From assembly GCA_001724265.1 (NCBI GenBank), contig MEDY01000001.1, positions 124,001 through 188,000 of the forward strand: a stretch of 64,000 nt of DNA. The letters run 5' to 3'. Position 1 is the first letter of the stretch; each line of letters begins with the position of its first letter. The position numbers and the translations under genes were made by a program. Positions 46,956 to 60,300 of the stretch are shown here, piece after piece. Below the pieces are notes generated by a model. It was not told where the DNA came from. It saw nothing but the letters and a program-made list of their open reading frames with translations, and ran no database searches. The DNA is from Rhizaria sp. SCN 62-66. Taxonomy: Eukaryota.

Positions 46956-47785
46956 GAGGTGAGCCCAGCAGCGCCGGTGTCCGCGTCGGCCGCGCTACTG
47001 CAAGTGATGTTGTTGCCAATAGTGGCGCCGGCAATGTTCGTGGTGAACGCGAGGTCCACGACGGCGGAGACAGTCGCGCGGGCTCCGTTGACCGTCTGCG
47101 TCACAGGAGGCAAACCGACGCCAGCGAAGAGGTCGTCGAACGCGGCCAGCGTCGCGCCGGGGGGCGCGTCCACAGGGTCCGCAGTCTCAGCGTCCGCGGC
47201 GTCAGCGTCGGCGTCGGGGCTGCGGCTGGGACTGGAGGTGTTGTTGGTGGACGATGTGCGTGCGAGCTCGATTGCGAGGGCCACGCCTCGAGACGACGCG
47301 GACACGGACGCGGGGGAGCCGAACGATGAGCCACCAGCAGCAGCGCCGGCGGCGCCAAGCGGGGCGCCGTGGGCAACAAGGCCGACCTCCTCGGCCTGGC
47401 GGCGGCGCACGCGCGCGCAGGCGGCGGCCACGGCGGCGCGGTTGCGCGCCGCGACGGCGGCCTTCTCGGCGCGCCAGGTGTGGTAGAGCGCGGACCCGTT
47501 GGCCAGCGCAGAGTCCGCGGGCGGCAGCGGGTTGAGGTCCTCCACCGTCAGCGTGTGGTCGCGGCCGCGACGGAGAATCTCGAAGGGGAAGAACCAGAAA
47601 AGCCACGAGAGCAGGGGCGCAGTGTCGAAGTTGACGTTGATGTCATCAGGCACAGAGGCGGTGGAGCCGTCGAGGGTACTGCCTCCGGTCTGAGAAAACA
47701 ACGAGGAGCCATCAGCGTTCGCCACAGAAGTGGCACGAGCGCGAGGCGCGGCGGATGCGGGGGCCGGATCCCCGCTTGATGACAT
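41838..47785 (-). CDS. ABCC (MRP/ABCC4-like, no TMD0) full transporter, 1926 aa with one in-frame TAG; exons 47785-43004 and 42836-41838
   Basis: Lasso motif APLLSWLFW...GRDHTLTVEDL, TMD1, NBD1 (LSGGQRARVALARA, VVLDD), TMD2 (PMSFFHENPLGRVLNRFSKD, SREIKRLE..RSP) and NBD2 (GRTGAGKSS, IIPQNP, LSAGQ, VDEATANVD, IAHRL). Phase-0 intron GTACGA...CAG (43003-42837) gives VENQ|MTSAER. Stop is TGA. Confidence 0.92.
46895..46897 (-). other. In-frame TAG in the ABCC gene (VTIS*DVELERP)
   Basis: ATC AGC TAG GAC GTG GAG; it joins the lasso-bearing ORF to the TMD1 ORF in the same frame. Confidence 0.85.
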
Positions 47786-48342
47786 GTGATGGAGAGAGTG
47801 CTGGAGGAGGGGGAATGTACCGAGGCAACGGGGAGGAGCAAGAGTGCACCGCTACTAAACGACTGAATCAAGCACATTAAAAGAGTTTTTAGGTGAGATA
47901 AAATATGAAACAAGTTACAGTTAACTGAATTCTACGAGTTTGTTTTGTTCAAATCGTTATTGTCGGAATGCTGCAGTCACGCAAATGTATTTCAAAATAG
48001 CCCGCACACTCAAAGCAACCCACCCACGAGGTGACGCGGAGCAAGCGACGTCGTCGTGACAGCAAAACATTATAACAGTGTTAAATGTAAGCAATTCCGT
48101 AATATAATTGCATAACAATGTAATTTTAAGAGTATGAAACATGAAATGTATAACTTGATATAACAATAAAACAACGAAGATATTATCTTCTGGGTAAAGT
48201 ATGAGAGAGACACTATTTCGCCTTGACAAAAGTTCTGGACACCCCACCACCTCTCGGCGCTGGACAGCAGACGATCAGCCTCCAGTCGAGATCCTCAACA
48301 TCTAAAAGTACAAAAATACATCACACATAACCGCTACATCAC

Positions 48343-51300
48343 TTACTGGAGCGGAAGCTGGGCCCAGAGCTCGAAGGCCGCAACCTTGAAGAGCGGTTCA
48401 GTCGACAGACAGTCATTGTTGAACGTCTTTGACCGGCCGGACTTGCCCTCCGCGAGCTGCTTATCGAAGAACAGCGCCTCGTCCCCGCCGCCTCCGAAGG
48501 AGATGCCCTCAAACCCGGCGTTGGCGTAGAAGCGCGTCTCGCCGCTCCAGCGGTAGAGCACTAGTGCGGGATCGAACTGGAACACGAAGCACTCACCGGT
48601 TCCGACTGCGCCCGCGCCGCGGACCCACTTCTTGGAGCAGAACCCACCGAAGACGCGGCCCAGCGCGTCGCGCGCGACGACGAGCGACGCGTCGGGCGCC
48701 TGCGCGGCGGCGTGCTCGTAGAATTTGACCAGCGAGCCTCCGTGCGTCGCGACATCGAACACGCAGCCCCACGGACGCACACGTGCGCCTTTGGGCATCT
48801 GTCGCACCAGCGTCTTTAGCGAGTCGGCGGGCAGGATGCGCGACGCCCCGCGCAGAGCCACATGCGCCGTCGAGTGCACAACGCCACGGAACAGGTGGTC
48901 GCCGCCGCGCGCGCCCGTCGCCGCGTCGCCCTCGCCGTCGCTGTCGCCGTCGCTGTCGCCGCCCGCAGCGCCGGTCCGCGCGGCCAAGTATGACTTCGCG
49001 GCCTGCGCGGCGGCGGCCAGCGCGGCGTCTTTGCTGTCACCGCTGCCGCTGGCAGGCTTGGCAGCGCCGGTCACGGCCGAGCCCGATGCGGCGCTGCCAC
49101 CCTTCGGCGAAACAGCGGCCGCCGCGCCTCCGGGTGACGCCGCAGACATCTCCTGCTGTTGTTGTTGCTGTTGCTGGGACGCGGCTGACTGAGGCGAGAC
49201 TTGCTTCTGCGCATCGCCCCCCGCGACCGACGAGGCCGCGGACGCCGTGCTCAGCGGTGTCGCACCGGCAACCGCGACCTGCTGCTGCTGCTGTTGCGAT
49301 GGCGGCGGCTGCAGGTGCGACTGCGGCTGCTTCTGCTGGCGCTGGCGTCCGCGCTGCTGCGCCCTCTCCGTCTCGCGCTCGCGCTGGAGCTCGCGCTCGC
49401 GGTCGCGCTCGCGGCGCTGCTGCTCCTTGCGCTGCTCGCGCTCGCGCCGCGCCGCGGCCACCGCGGCGGCGTCGCGCTTCAGCGCGCCCAGGCGCTGCCG
49501 CACCACACCCTCGGCGAAGGCCACGGGGGCGACCTGGCGGTGGCGCAGGGATGACACGCGCAGCGCCCAGCCGTCGCCGTCGCCGCCGCTGTCAGATGAC
49601 GATGCGGCGGCGCCGTCGCTGCCGGCTGCAGTGTGGCCGTGGGCGGCAGCGCCGCCGTCGGGCGTGGCGGTGGCGAATGTGCCCGGGAACGACGCGTTGG
49701 GGTGGCCGTCCACGGTCACGCCCGTCACCAGCGCCACAACATGCGGCACCGCGTGGGGCGCTGTGTGGGGCGCCGTGCCCTTGTCCCATGCGGCCGGCGC
49801 CCGCTGCTGCTGGTGCTGCGTCGCGGTGGAGACGCCGACGACGAAGCCGAGCGCGCCGCCGGTGCGGATGATCGCGACGCCGCCGTCGTCCTCGCTGCCC
49901 GCAGACGCGCCGCTGCCGCCGCCGTTGCCGCTGCCGCCCGCGCCGCCGCCCGCGCCCGCGCTGCCCGTGGCCGCGACGGCCGCGCTGCTTGACGAAACGG
50001 TCCCAGCGCCAGCGACGGCGGCGGCGGTGGCGGCGGCAGCGGTGGACGCGGCGACGGCGCGCGCGTTCTCGGGCCCCAGCGCGCTGGCAGCGGCGGCGGG
50101 CGTGAGGCCCGTCAGTCCCAGCAGCGGGAGGTCGCCACGCAGAGTCAGCACGCCCGTCTTGAACGACAGGTCGGGCTTACCGGCGGCGGCGGCGGCGGCG
50201 GCGGCGGCGACGAGGCGGCCCGTCACCGACGGCGCAGCAGCACCGTTGCCGCCGCTGCCGCTGCTGCCGAGCCCGTTGCTGTTGCTGTTGACGCCCAGCG
50301 CGGCCGTGTGCGCCTTGCTGTTCGTCGCAGCAGTAGCGCCGCTGGAGCTGCTGGCGATGCTGGCGAGGGCGGGCACAAGCGGCGTCGGCGGGTCGAGCGG
50401 GCGGATACAGCGCAGCAGTGCGACGCCGCCCCACAGCGCCCCGCGCGCGCTGGCCTCCAGCACGGGCGCGGCCGACGACACGGCGCCCGCGGCGGCCGCG
50501 GCGAGGACAGAGATCGCGGCGCCCACCGCGGCGACAACGCCGGACGACGGAGACAGCAACTGCGATGACTGCGGTTGTGGTGCGTTGGAGCTGACACCGT
50601 GCGCGTCGTCGTCGCGCACACTCAAGCGCGGCTCCGGTGAGTCGATGGCGCTGAGAGCGAGCATCGACCGCGACGGCCGCAGCATGTCAAACAGGTGCCC
50701 CGCGCCCGTGCCAGCGCCAGCGCTAGGACCCGTGCTGAAGGAGCGCCAGCCGGTGATCATGGCACTGCGCGCGGACGCCGCGGCCGCAGCCGAGGCGGCG
50801 TATGCAGCGACAGCAGCGGGCAGTAGCGGCGCCGACACGGGCAGCAACGAGCGCGTCTGCAGCACCCCCGCGGCGGCGGCCACGGCGGCGGGCGCGATGG
50901 GCGCCGGTACACCGGCTGCCGTGTGCGAGTGGGCGCCGCCCGAGTGCGCCAGCAGTGTCGCGCGTGGCAGCCACAACAGCGGCAGCGAGACGGCGCTGTG
51001 CACCGACACGGCCAGCAGCGCGCCCAGCCCTCCGCCGCCGGCGCCCTGCGCGCTGTGTGCGGAGTGCGCGCTGTGCGCGGAGTCTGCGGGGGCGGCCGCG
51101 GCGTGCAGGTGGCCCACGAAGGCGGCGGCCGCAGCGGCGACGAGCGCGGGCGGCCGCAGCGACTGTGCGAGCACGGCATCCGGTGCAGCAGCAGCGGCGG
51201 CGGCAGCGCTCGCGATTGAGGATGCGGCGGATACACCGCTGCTGGAAGGGACGAGGGCGTAGCTGTCGCTGTCACTGAAGCTGGCCGGGTTCGAGCCCGT

Positions 51301-54300
51301 CGCCACGAGGCGCCGCTCGCTAACCGCGCTCGCAGAGGCGGCGAGCGCGGGGAATGCGGCGCGCGGGAGCGAGTGTGCGCCGAGCGAGTTGAGCATCAGC
51401 ATCAGCAGCGGAGTCGAGCCCGCGGCGGAAGATGCGTCAAACACACCGCTGCCATCGTGTGTGCCGTCAGTAGCACTAGCGCTCAGTGGAGCAGTATCTG
51501 CGCCGCTGCAGGGCAGCGAAGCAACGCCGGCGACGACCACCGCGGTGTGCGCGGCCGCGAGAGCGGCGGCGGTCGCGACGCTGGCATTGTCTCTGCCGCC
51601 CGCGGCGGTGGGCACGGGGTACTGGCTCCACCACGCGTGCAGCCCGTCGGTGTTCACGCCGGCCCCGTCGTCGCCGCCGCCGCGGTCAAACAGCGACACG
51701 TGCGCACCCTCGCCCCCGCTTCCACCGGCGCCCGCCGCGGCCGCGCCTGACGCGGACGTCATATAGGCCGCCGGCGAGAGCGGAACGCCGCCGCCGGGCA
51801 CGCCTGACGCGGCACCCGCGGGGACGGCGGCGCTGGCGGGGCTGGCGGCGCTGGGAGAGAACATCGACATGAGCGACATGCGCCGGCCGCGCCGCGGCTG
51901 CTGCTGCGCAGCGTGCAGGAGCCCGCCGGGCGCCGTCGGCGGCAGCAGCAGCAGCACCGAGGGCGCGAGCGCGAGCGCCAGCGCGGCGACCGAGAGCGGG
52001 TGCGTGGCGGGGCGCGGCAGCGGCAGGTACCACTGCGCGAGTGCGTGGAGGCTCGTTTCAGCGCCGACGCGGGGCTTGACTGAGTGCGGCAGAGTGAGCA
52101 CGTCCGCGCGGCGGCGGGTCCGGCCACTGGTCTCGTCGGCAACGGCGTGCACGCCGTTGTTGCCGTGGTCAGCGACGATGGCCGTGTAGAGAGCGCAGGC
52201 GTGAGCAATCTCGTCGTTCGTGAGCCCGGTGTCCTGCTGCTTGCACTCCTTGTGCGCGCACTCGGGGTCGCAGTCGTAGTCGTTGTCGTCGTCGTCGCTC
52301 TCCACGCCGTCATCCTCGTCGTCGTCGCTGCTGTCGGCGCTCTTCTCAGGCTTTGCAGCCACGCGGCCGCTGCGGCGCGCGAGCGACGTGACCGCGGCGG
52401 TGTAGAGCTTGTGCAGCGCGGGCGCCAGCACCGCCAGCAGCGGGGCGGCCGACGCAGCGCCGCTGGCAACGCCGATCGAGATGTCGAGCGCGTACGGCGC
52501 AGGGGCCGGCAGCGCCAACACACCGGCAGCGGCATTGACGCTCTTCTTGCTGCCAGGGCTGCTGTGGGAGCGCGCGCAGCTGCTGCTGCTGCTGCTGCGA
52601 GCATAGCGCCTGCGGCGAATCACGCGCGCGGGCAGCAGGACGCGTGCGAGCGCCAACAACAGCGCCCGCTGAGCGCGAGAGAGCGCGGGCTGGTCAGACC
52701 TGCCGGCCGCGGCGGCGGCAGCGGCGATTGAGGCGACCCAAGCGTCCGCGAACGCTGCCGAGTGGCCGGTGAATGCTGTGGACGTCCCTGCGTCGGGCTG
52801 GGCAGTCGTGCCGTAGACCGGCGCGACCAGACAGCCCCCCGCGTCCTTACTATAGCGCGCGCAGCTGGCGCTTGCATAGGCCAGTGTCGCCAGCAGCCGC
52901 AGCGGGTGCGCGGCCACGGGCGCCATAACGACACCTGCGCGCGCAGCAGCTTCAACGCCGTAGTCAGTGTTGACGCCGGCTGCGGCGGCGGAAGCTGCGG
53001 CGGCCGCAGCGGCGTAGGCAGCGGCAGAACCCGCGGTCGCGAGCTCGCGCGCCGACTTGCGCGACAGCGCGTGGCGCTTGAGATCGCCCGCGAAGGGCCC
53101 CGCGCGCGCGGCGGCCGCTGCTGTCGGAGCCATCACCACAGCGGGCGCGGCGTTGGGCGGCAGCATCGTCGGCAGACTCACGCGGTGCACGGCTGCGATA
53201 GAGCGCTTCGCAGCGGCCTTGGCGCCCTTGGCGTGGGGCTTGCTGGCGGGTTCACTCCAGTAGACGGGCACGCCCGCGACCGTGAGCGCGGGGTCCAGCC
53301 CCGGCGCGGCCTCAAACGCGCCCGCCAGCGGCGCCGGCGACAGGGCGTCGTGGATCCAGGCGAGCGGCGCGACGAGCGGCGGCGGCGGCGGGCGCTCGCG
53401 GCCGTAGCCGAGGTCGCCGCCGGCCACGGTGCCGCAGTGGCCGGCCGCGGTGCGCGGGGGCACGCCGTAAGCGCCCGAACGCAGCGCCGCCGCTGCCAGC
53501 GCGGTGCCGGCGAAGACGCCAAAGCGCGCCTGCAAAGCGTTCGCCGCACGCTCAGCGGCGGCGGCGGCGTCGGCCGGACTTGCGTGGTCGGACGCCGAGG
53601 GCAGGAACAGAGACATCTTGGCGAACATCCCGTTGGCGACATCGCCAGCAGCTGCGGGGTCGAACAGGGCCTCCGTGTCGGCCGCAGTGCCCGTGGCGAG
53701 CCCGCCCGCGGTGCCCGACGCGGCTTGGTGGAGGTCGAGCAGGTGGTGCAGCGAGAAAAAGCCGTGCGCGGCGCCCGCAGCGGCGGCAGCCGAGTGGCGC
53801 GAGCCGACACGCGGCAGCGGCGCGCCCACGGGGTCCGCATACGGGTGCGGCGACAAGCGCGGCGGGAGCGCAATGTTGAGCCGCGCGTCCTCAAGCTCGG
53901 CACCGGCGTCCGCGGCCGGGCGCGGCGACCAGAGCGGTGCCGCGGCCGTGGTGCGGCGGCCGCCGTAGTCGGCGCACAGTGGCACGGGCGTCAACGACTG
54001 CGGCGACAGCATCGCGTGTGTGAGCGCGGCCTTGAGCGACGTGAACAGGTAGTGGATGCTGCGCACGTCACCGAACAGGGAGATCACAGGCGCGTCCTCA
54101 TCGCCGCGCGCGCGCAGACTGCTGCCAGCGCACATACCAGGACCTGACCTCGCAACGTTCACATAGTCGACACCGGCGGCGGTCTTGTGGTTGCTGCTGC
54201 CCAAAGCGCACTCTGCGAGCAGCGCGGGCGGCGCAACAAGAAGCGCGGGCGTGGAGCGGCCGGGACGGAACTGCTCGCACCAGTGGCGCCAGCGAACAAC

Positions 54301-57300
54301 GGCCTCGTGCGTCATCCCGTTGCCGACCGTGGCGCGCGCCGCGACGTCGGCGGCCGAGCCCACGGCGTCGTCGCCGCGCGCACCCGTAGGCAGCAGCGCG
54401 CCGCCCAGCACGGCGGCCACGCGGTCTGCAACGTTGGCGTAGCCGGGGCGCAGGTGCAGGTACAGACGCGCGCGCCGCGGCAGCGCAGCGCCGGTGGCGT
54501 CCGCGCTTGAGGACGGCAGGTAGCCCAGCTGGCCCGGCGCAGGCAGCGGGCCGGTAGCAGAGCTACGCCTGCCTGTACTGCTACCGCTACTACTGCTGCT
54601 GCTGCTGTTGCGAGGCGAGCGGTTCAGCGAGGCGTCGATGCGCTGGAGCGCCGAGATGACGGGCAGGACCTCCGTGGCGCACACCGCGCCAGCGCCGCCA
54701 GTCGCTGAAGCAGAAGGCAGTACGCTCATCTGCACGCCAAGCACGCCCGCGCCGGCGCTCGCGGCCGCGGCAGCGGCGCTGTTGGCCGTGCCGGCCGTGG
54801 CGCCCGTGGCCTCTGGCGCGAGCAGTCCGCCTGCGCGCAGCAGCGGGAGATTCGCGGTCGCGGGGTCGAAGTGGAGCCGCCCGCAGGCCGCGCCCTCGCA
54901 CATGGCGACGACAACGGCACCGGGCGGCAGCGCGTCGGCGGCCGCGAGCACGGGCAGCGACGACACAAACGACGATAGCGCGTGGCCGCGGCTGTGCGCG
55001 ATCACGTCCGGCAGCGCCGCCGCCAGCTCGGCCGCTGACGGCACGCGCGGTTCAGGCACATCAGTCTTGGCGGCGTGCGAGCGGCCGTGGTGGCCGTGAC
55101 CGTGGCCATGCGCGTGCGCGTGCGTGTGCGAGTGAACGTGCGAGTGCGAGCCCGTGGACGCGATGGCAGGCGCACCGGAAGGCAGCGTGGTGAGCGCAAA
55201 CGCGGGCATGACCGCCGCGCCACCGCCCTGCTTGTCGCCCGCGCTGCCAGAGGGACTCGTCATCGACGCGTCGAACGCGCTTTGCGGCGTCATGTGCGCG
55301 GAGCTGGGCGAGAACATCGGACTCATGCCCTGCGGCCAGTCGGCGCGCGCCGCGGTCAGCGGCGTCATCTTCGGCAGCTCCGCCCTCGCGCGCGGCTGCT
55401 GCTGATGCCGCTGTGTCGTGTCACCGCCGTGCGAGGACATGGGCAGTAAGAGCGGGACGACAAGCGCGCCGCCTGCTGAGGACGCGTCGTCAGAGCTGAA
55501 TGCGCTCGGGGTCGCAGATGCGCTGGGCGCGTGCAGCTGCAGTGCGTTGTTGTCAGACGCGCCAGTGATGACGAGGTTGGGGGACGAGATCACGAGGCTC
55601 GCGCTTGCGGCGACGGCGGAAGCGGCCGCAGCAGCAGCGGCGGCGGCGTCTGCCTTGGTGACAGCAAGAGCAGCAGCGAGCGCAACGCCGTCTTCCACAG
55701 CGTGCTTCGCGACTGCGCGCTTCGCCAGCGCGATGTGGTTGAGCGAATCGCGCGGCTCCACGGTTGCGGGCGCGTCGCCGGCCGCAGCGACAACGCCGGA
55801 GCCCGCGACGGAAGTGACGGCCGTGGCCGGGCTGGTGTGGGCCGGCATCGTGGGGTCCGGCGGCGCGTCGAAGCAGCTCTCCAGCGCTGCGGTCGCCGCG
55901 ACGGCCAGCTCGCGGCCGCGCGCGCGCCGCGCAGCGGACGCAGCGGGGCCGCTAGCAGTGGCGCTGCTGGCAGCGCTGGCGCCGGGGTCGGGGAAGGGCT
56001 GCGCGCGGCGGATCGCGTCCAAAAAGCGCTGCGGGCGCCACTCTGCGTCGAGACGCTGCCTGCGCGCGACTGCGCCGGAGGGCAGGACGACAAACTCCGT
56101 GAAGCACGTGCACTGCGTGCCGTCGGGACGCACGTACACGGGGTCTTCGACCCACTCCACGGCGACGATGTCGTGCAGCGCGACCGTGAGCAGCGGCGGC
56201 GCGCGCGGGGTCAGCGACGGCGCGCAGCCGTGCGCGTGCAGCGGCAGCGGCGGCACAGGCGCCGGCGCGGGCGGCAGCGAGTTGGGCGCCACGGAAGGGA
56301 AAACGCACGCGGCCTTCTGCCGAGGCGGAGCGTTTGTTACATTTGCAGTTGGGCTGTGAGCGTGGGCGTTGGATGGAGGGAACACGAGGTACTCGAAGGC
56401 GGATGTGTCCGTGGCCTGAGCCTGCTGCGCGGCAGTGGGCGAAGGCTCGGGCGACGCCAAACCACCGCGGCCGTCACCGTCCTTGTCAACGGGCGTGCTA
56501 TTGCTCACACCGGAGTTGTTGCTCGCGGAGCTTTGCTGCGAAGTCACGGACTCGGCGTCAGACGCGAGCGCGAATGAGACAGTAAGGCCCTTCTTTTTGC
56601 TGGAAGTTTCCTTCACCGGCACGGTGGCGGCAGGCCGCGCGCTCTCTTGCTTCACATCAGCAACCGTATCCGCGTCTGCGTCAGCGCTCGCCTCAGCCTC
56701 CGGATCGGCGTCAGCGTCGGCGTCAAAGTCCACGTCAACGTCAGTCTTGGTGTCGGTGTCGTCGTCGGCGCCGTCGCTGTCGTCGTCAGCAGGCACGATG
56801 TCGTCCCTGTACAGGAGCTTCGACTGCAGCCCACCGAGACCGGACGAGTCGATATCGCTCGCCATAAGCGTCGCGCGCGACACGTTGCCAGATGGAGCCA
56901 CTGCGCCGGCACTGGGACTCGGGATGGGCGCGCTGGCCACGTCTCCGGACCCCGCCACGGCGCCCGACGCGGCGGAACCCGCAGCGGACGAGGCCAGCGG
57001 ACTGACGAGTGCGGGCGCAGACGCGGTCGGCGCCAGAGGCGAGTGCTGAGAGTGTGACTGTGGGGGTGGCAGCGCCAACATCCCGTCGCCAGCGGCGCCC
57101 GTTGCAGCGGACGAGCTCGATGAGGAGACCGTGATCGTGACGCCGGCGGCGCGTTGTGCACTCGACGGCGTCACAGCAACAACGGCAGAGTTCGATCCGT
57201 CGTGCGCGGCCCCGGTCTCAGCCGCGGCGCCTGCGCCGTGCGCCTGCGCGTCCGCGTGCTGCGAATCCGGGTGCGGGCCCGCGGCACCGCGCGCGGTGGG

Positions 57301-60300
57301 GTCGTGCGTGAGCGTCACGCGCAGGTCCTCGCCCATGAGCGTGAACGTGTGCGAGGTGAGCACGGAGACCACGGTCACGGAGTAGCCCTGGCCGTCGCCG
57401 CCCAGGCCGAGCCCCAGCCCGCTCAGCGTCGTCACCGGCGCCGCGGGCGGGGTCTCGGCCGCAGCGGCGTCCGCGCCACTGGCGGCGTCGGCGTTGTCTC
57501 CGCTGTTGGCGTTATTATCACTCGAGCTGCTTTCACTGTTGGGGGTGTTGTTCGGCGCGAGCGCAGGAGCGCCAACGTTGGCAGCCGGCAGGTCGCCGTA
57601 GTCGTCGCCCTTGCCATTGTTGTCACCGGAGCCGGAGCCCGCGCGCGCAGAGAGGTCGGGCGGCGTGACGAAGGCGTGCAGCGTGGTCACGTCGTTGCGA
57701 CGGTATAGCCACTGCTGCGCGACGGGATAGTGCGCGAGCGCGGCCGCCTGCAGGGAGAACGGCAGCGGCAGCGGCAGCGGCAGCGCGGAGGGCGTCGACG
57801 ACGACAGCACGGGCGGCAGCGTCAACGCCGCGGAGAAGCTAATGCCGTCAACAGCAGCCGCGGCAGCAGAATGCGCAGTCGCGCCGAGGTACTTAGACGA
57901 ACTAAGGGCCTGCACGTACGCCTCCTCGGGCGTCCCGGGCGTGATCGCGTGCGACAACAGCGGCACTGTTGTCACAGTCGCGGTCTTCGCGGTCGCAGTG
58001 GTCGAATCAGCCGCCCTGTCAAGATCTAGCTCCAGCTCCACAACGCCGAGCGGCCTGGCCTCGCGGCCCGTGGCCGGCGTGACCGCAATCGCCTGCACAG
58101 GCAGCGGCAGCAGCGGGCGCCCATGCGCGTCGCGGTAGCGGCACAGGTGAGCCAACGCGGCCAGCGCGAGCGCGGCCTGGTCCACCTCGACCGTGCTCGC
58201 GTCCGCAGAGGCAGACATGCCGACGCCGCCGGGGCCCGCGACCGCGCCGCCGGCGCCCGAGACGCCCGCGGCCGCGCCGGAGGCCGTGCTCATCTTGGGC
58301 GCCAGCGAGGCCGACAACGTCGTCGCAGAGGGGAAGTGCCGTGCGAAGCGCCGCGAGAGCTCGGCCGACGTAAGCAGGCGCGCGCCGGCGTACGGCTCGC
58401 TCAGCAGCGCGGTCAACGGCGACACATTCGCGCCGTCAGCGCCGTCACCGCTCGCCCCACCGTGGGAGCCGTGGGTGACTGTGAGCCCGGCGGCCTCGAT
58501 CCAGCGCCGCACGCCCGCGCCCGTGGCCCAGACGGCGCTGTTGCCGCCGGCGGGGTTGTCTGCATCGGCGGGGCCTGTGCCGTCGCCCGCGCCCAGCGCG
58601 GCGCCGCCGGCGGCTACAAGGGCGGCGTGGCCGGTCTCGAGCAGCGCCTCGTTGTAGCACCCAGCAACAGCGTCGTAGAGCACCACGGCGGCCTCGCGCG
58701 TCTTTTTCCACAGTAGAGCGGCGCGCTCGCACGCGGCGCGCGCCGCCATCGTCGCCGCTTGCATGCGGCGCAGCGCGGCGACCTTGACTTCGTTGCGCAT
58801 GCCGGCCGTCAGCGCGGCCGAGACGTGCAGCCGCGACATCCCAGCAACGCGGACTGAGATCGCGTCGAGGACCGAAAAAAGCCCGCGGCGGCGGCGCGCG
58901 GCGTCGGCCACGGCGGCGGCCCCGCGGTCGATGTTGTTGCGCAGCCACTGAATGCGCGCGGCGCACTCGAGCAGCTTGGCCGCGGCGTCGGGCAGCAGCC
59001 GGTGGCTGAGGTAGGCCAGCCGGCCCGCGGCCTCTTCTGGGTGCAGCTGCAGCGCGCTCACGGTCGCTGCCAGCCCCTGCACGGCGCCCTCATTCTTGTT
59101 AAGCCGCGCGAGGATGGTCTCACGCTGCGGGCGCAGGGCCAGCAGCGCGGCGCGCGCCTGACGCAGCGACGGCAACGCGTCGCCGCGGTGCGCGGGCTGG
59201 GAGGGGAACAGCGGCGCCAGCGACGGGAACCCGGCCAGCGCGAGCGCGGACGTCTGCTTGCGCGGGATGTGGACAAGGTACGCGTCGTTGGAGCTGCCGC
59301 TGACCGGCGCAGCGGCGTGGGAGCCCCCCTTGTGCTCGCTACCCCCGGCGGCGGCGCCGTCCGAGACATAGTCACCGCCGTCCTCATCAGGATCGTCATC
59401 GTCATCGTCGTCGTCTTCGTTGTCATGCTCTGCGACGTCCGACAGCGCGCGGAAGCCGCGCGCGGTGGGCACCTGTAACTGGTGCTGCTGCTGCCGCTGG
59501 ATCTTCTGCTGTTGCTGTTGCAGCCGCACGTGCCTGCGTTGCTGCAGCCGTTGCTCCAGCAGCAGCACGAGCGCACTGGCCTCGTCGACTTGCTTCTCCA
59601 CGGCGGTCAGCTCGCGGCGCCACATCGCGCTGCGCTCGCGCGCCTGCTCCAGCCGCTGCGCCGCCACGCGCAGCTCCGCGGCTGCATTGCGCGCGCCGCG
59701 CCGCAGCTGCAGTCCTGCCGCGAGCGAGTCGGCGGCGTCGCGCGCGAGCTCGTACCGCTGGCGCAGCGCGTCCGTGTCGGCGCAGACGAGCTTGTGTTCG
59801 CGCGCGGTGGCATTAAGCCGTTCGGCCGCGTGGCGGTGCTTGGCGCTAAACCGCGCGAGCTGGTGCTGCGCCGTCAGCCGCGTGCGCAGGACCGAGAGCA
59901 GCTCGTCCTCGAAGCCCGCGGCGGTGGAGCGCAGGGACGCGCGCGTGCGGTCTGTGACCATGAGCAGCGCCCAGTCCGAGGACGAGGTCGCGAGCGCGGA
60001 CGCGGCCGATGCGGCGGCGGCCGTAAAGCTCGAGTACAGGAGCGCGTACCCGTGGGCCGCGGAGACCACGTGCGCGACTGAGAGCGAGAGCCGCGTCGGG
60101 AGCTGGCCAGCGCTCAGACTCGTCGCCACAGCCGCGGACGCGCGGGCACTCGCGCCGCCGCTGGCGCTCGACGCAGCGGACGTGGAAATGTTGATCGAGG
60201 GCAGGGAAGCGGTGTAGACTGCGGTGGCGTCGCGGGGCAGCGCGAGCGCGGCGTCAGTGAAGAGGTACGACTGCGGCGTGGCGAGGCGGTGGTATCGCAG

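Noticed and set aside
8404-47785. LMBD1 plus ABC transporter as a cobalamin export cluster
   Set aside because: The known LMBD1 partner is the half-transporter ABCD4. This gene is a full-length ABCC more than 30 kb away.
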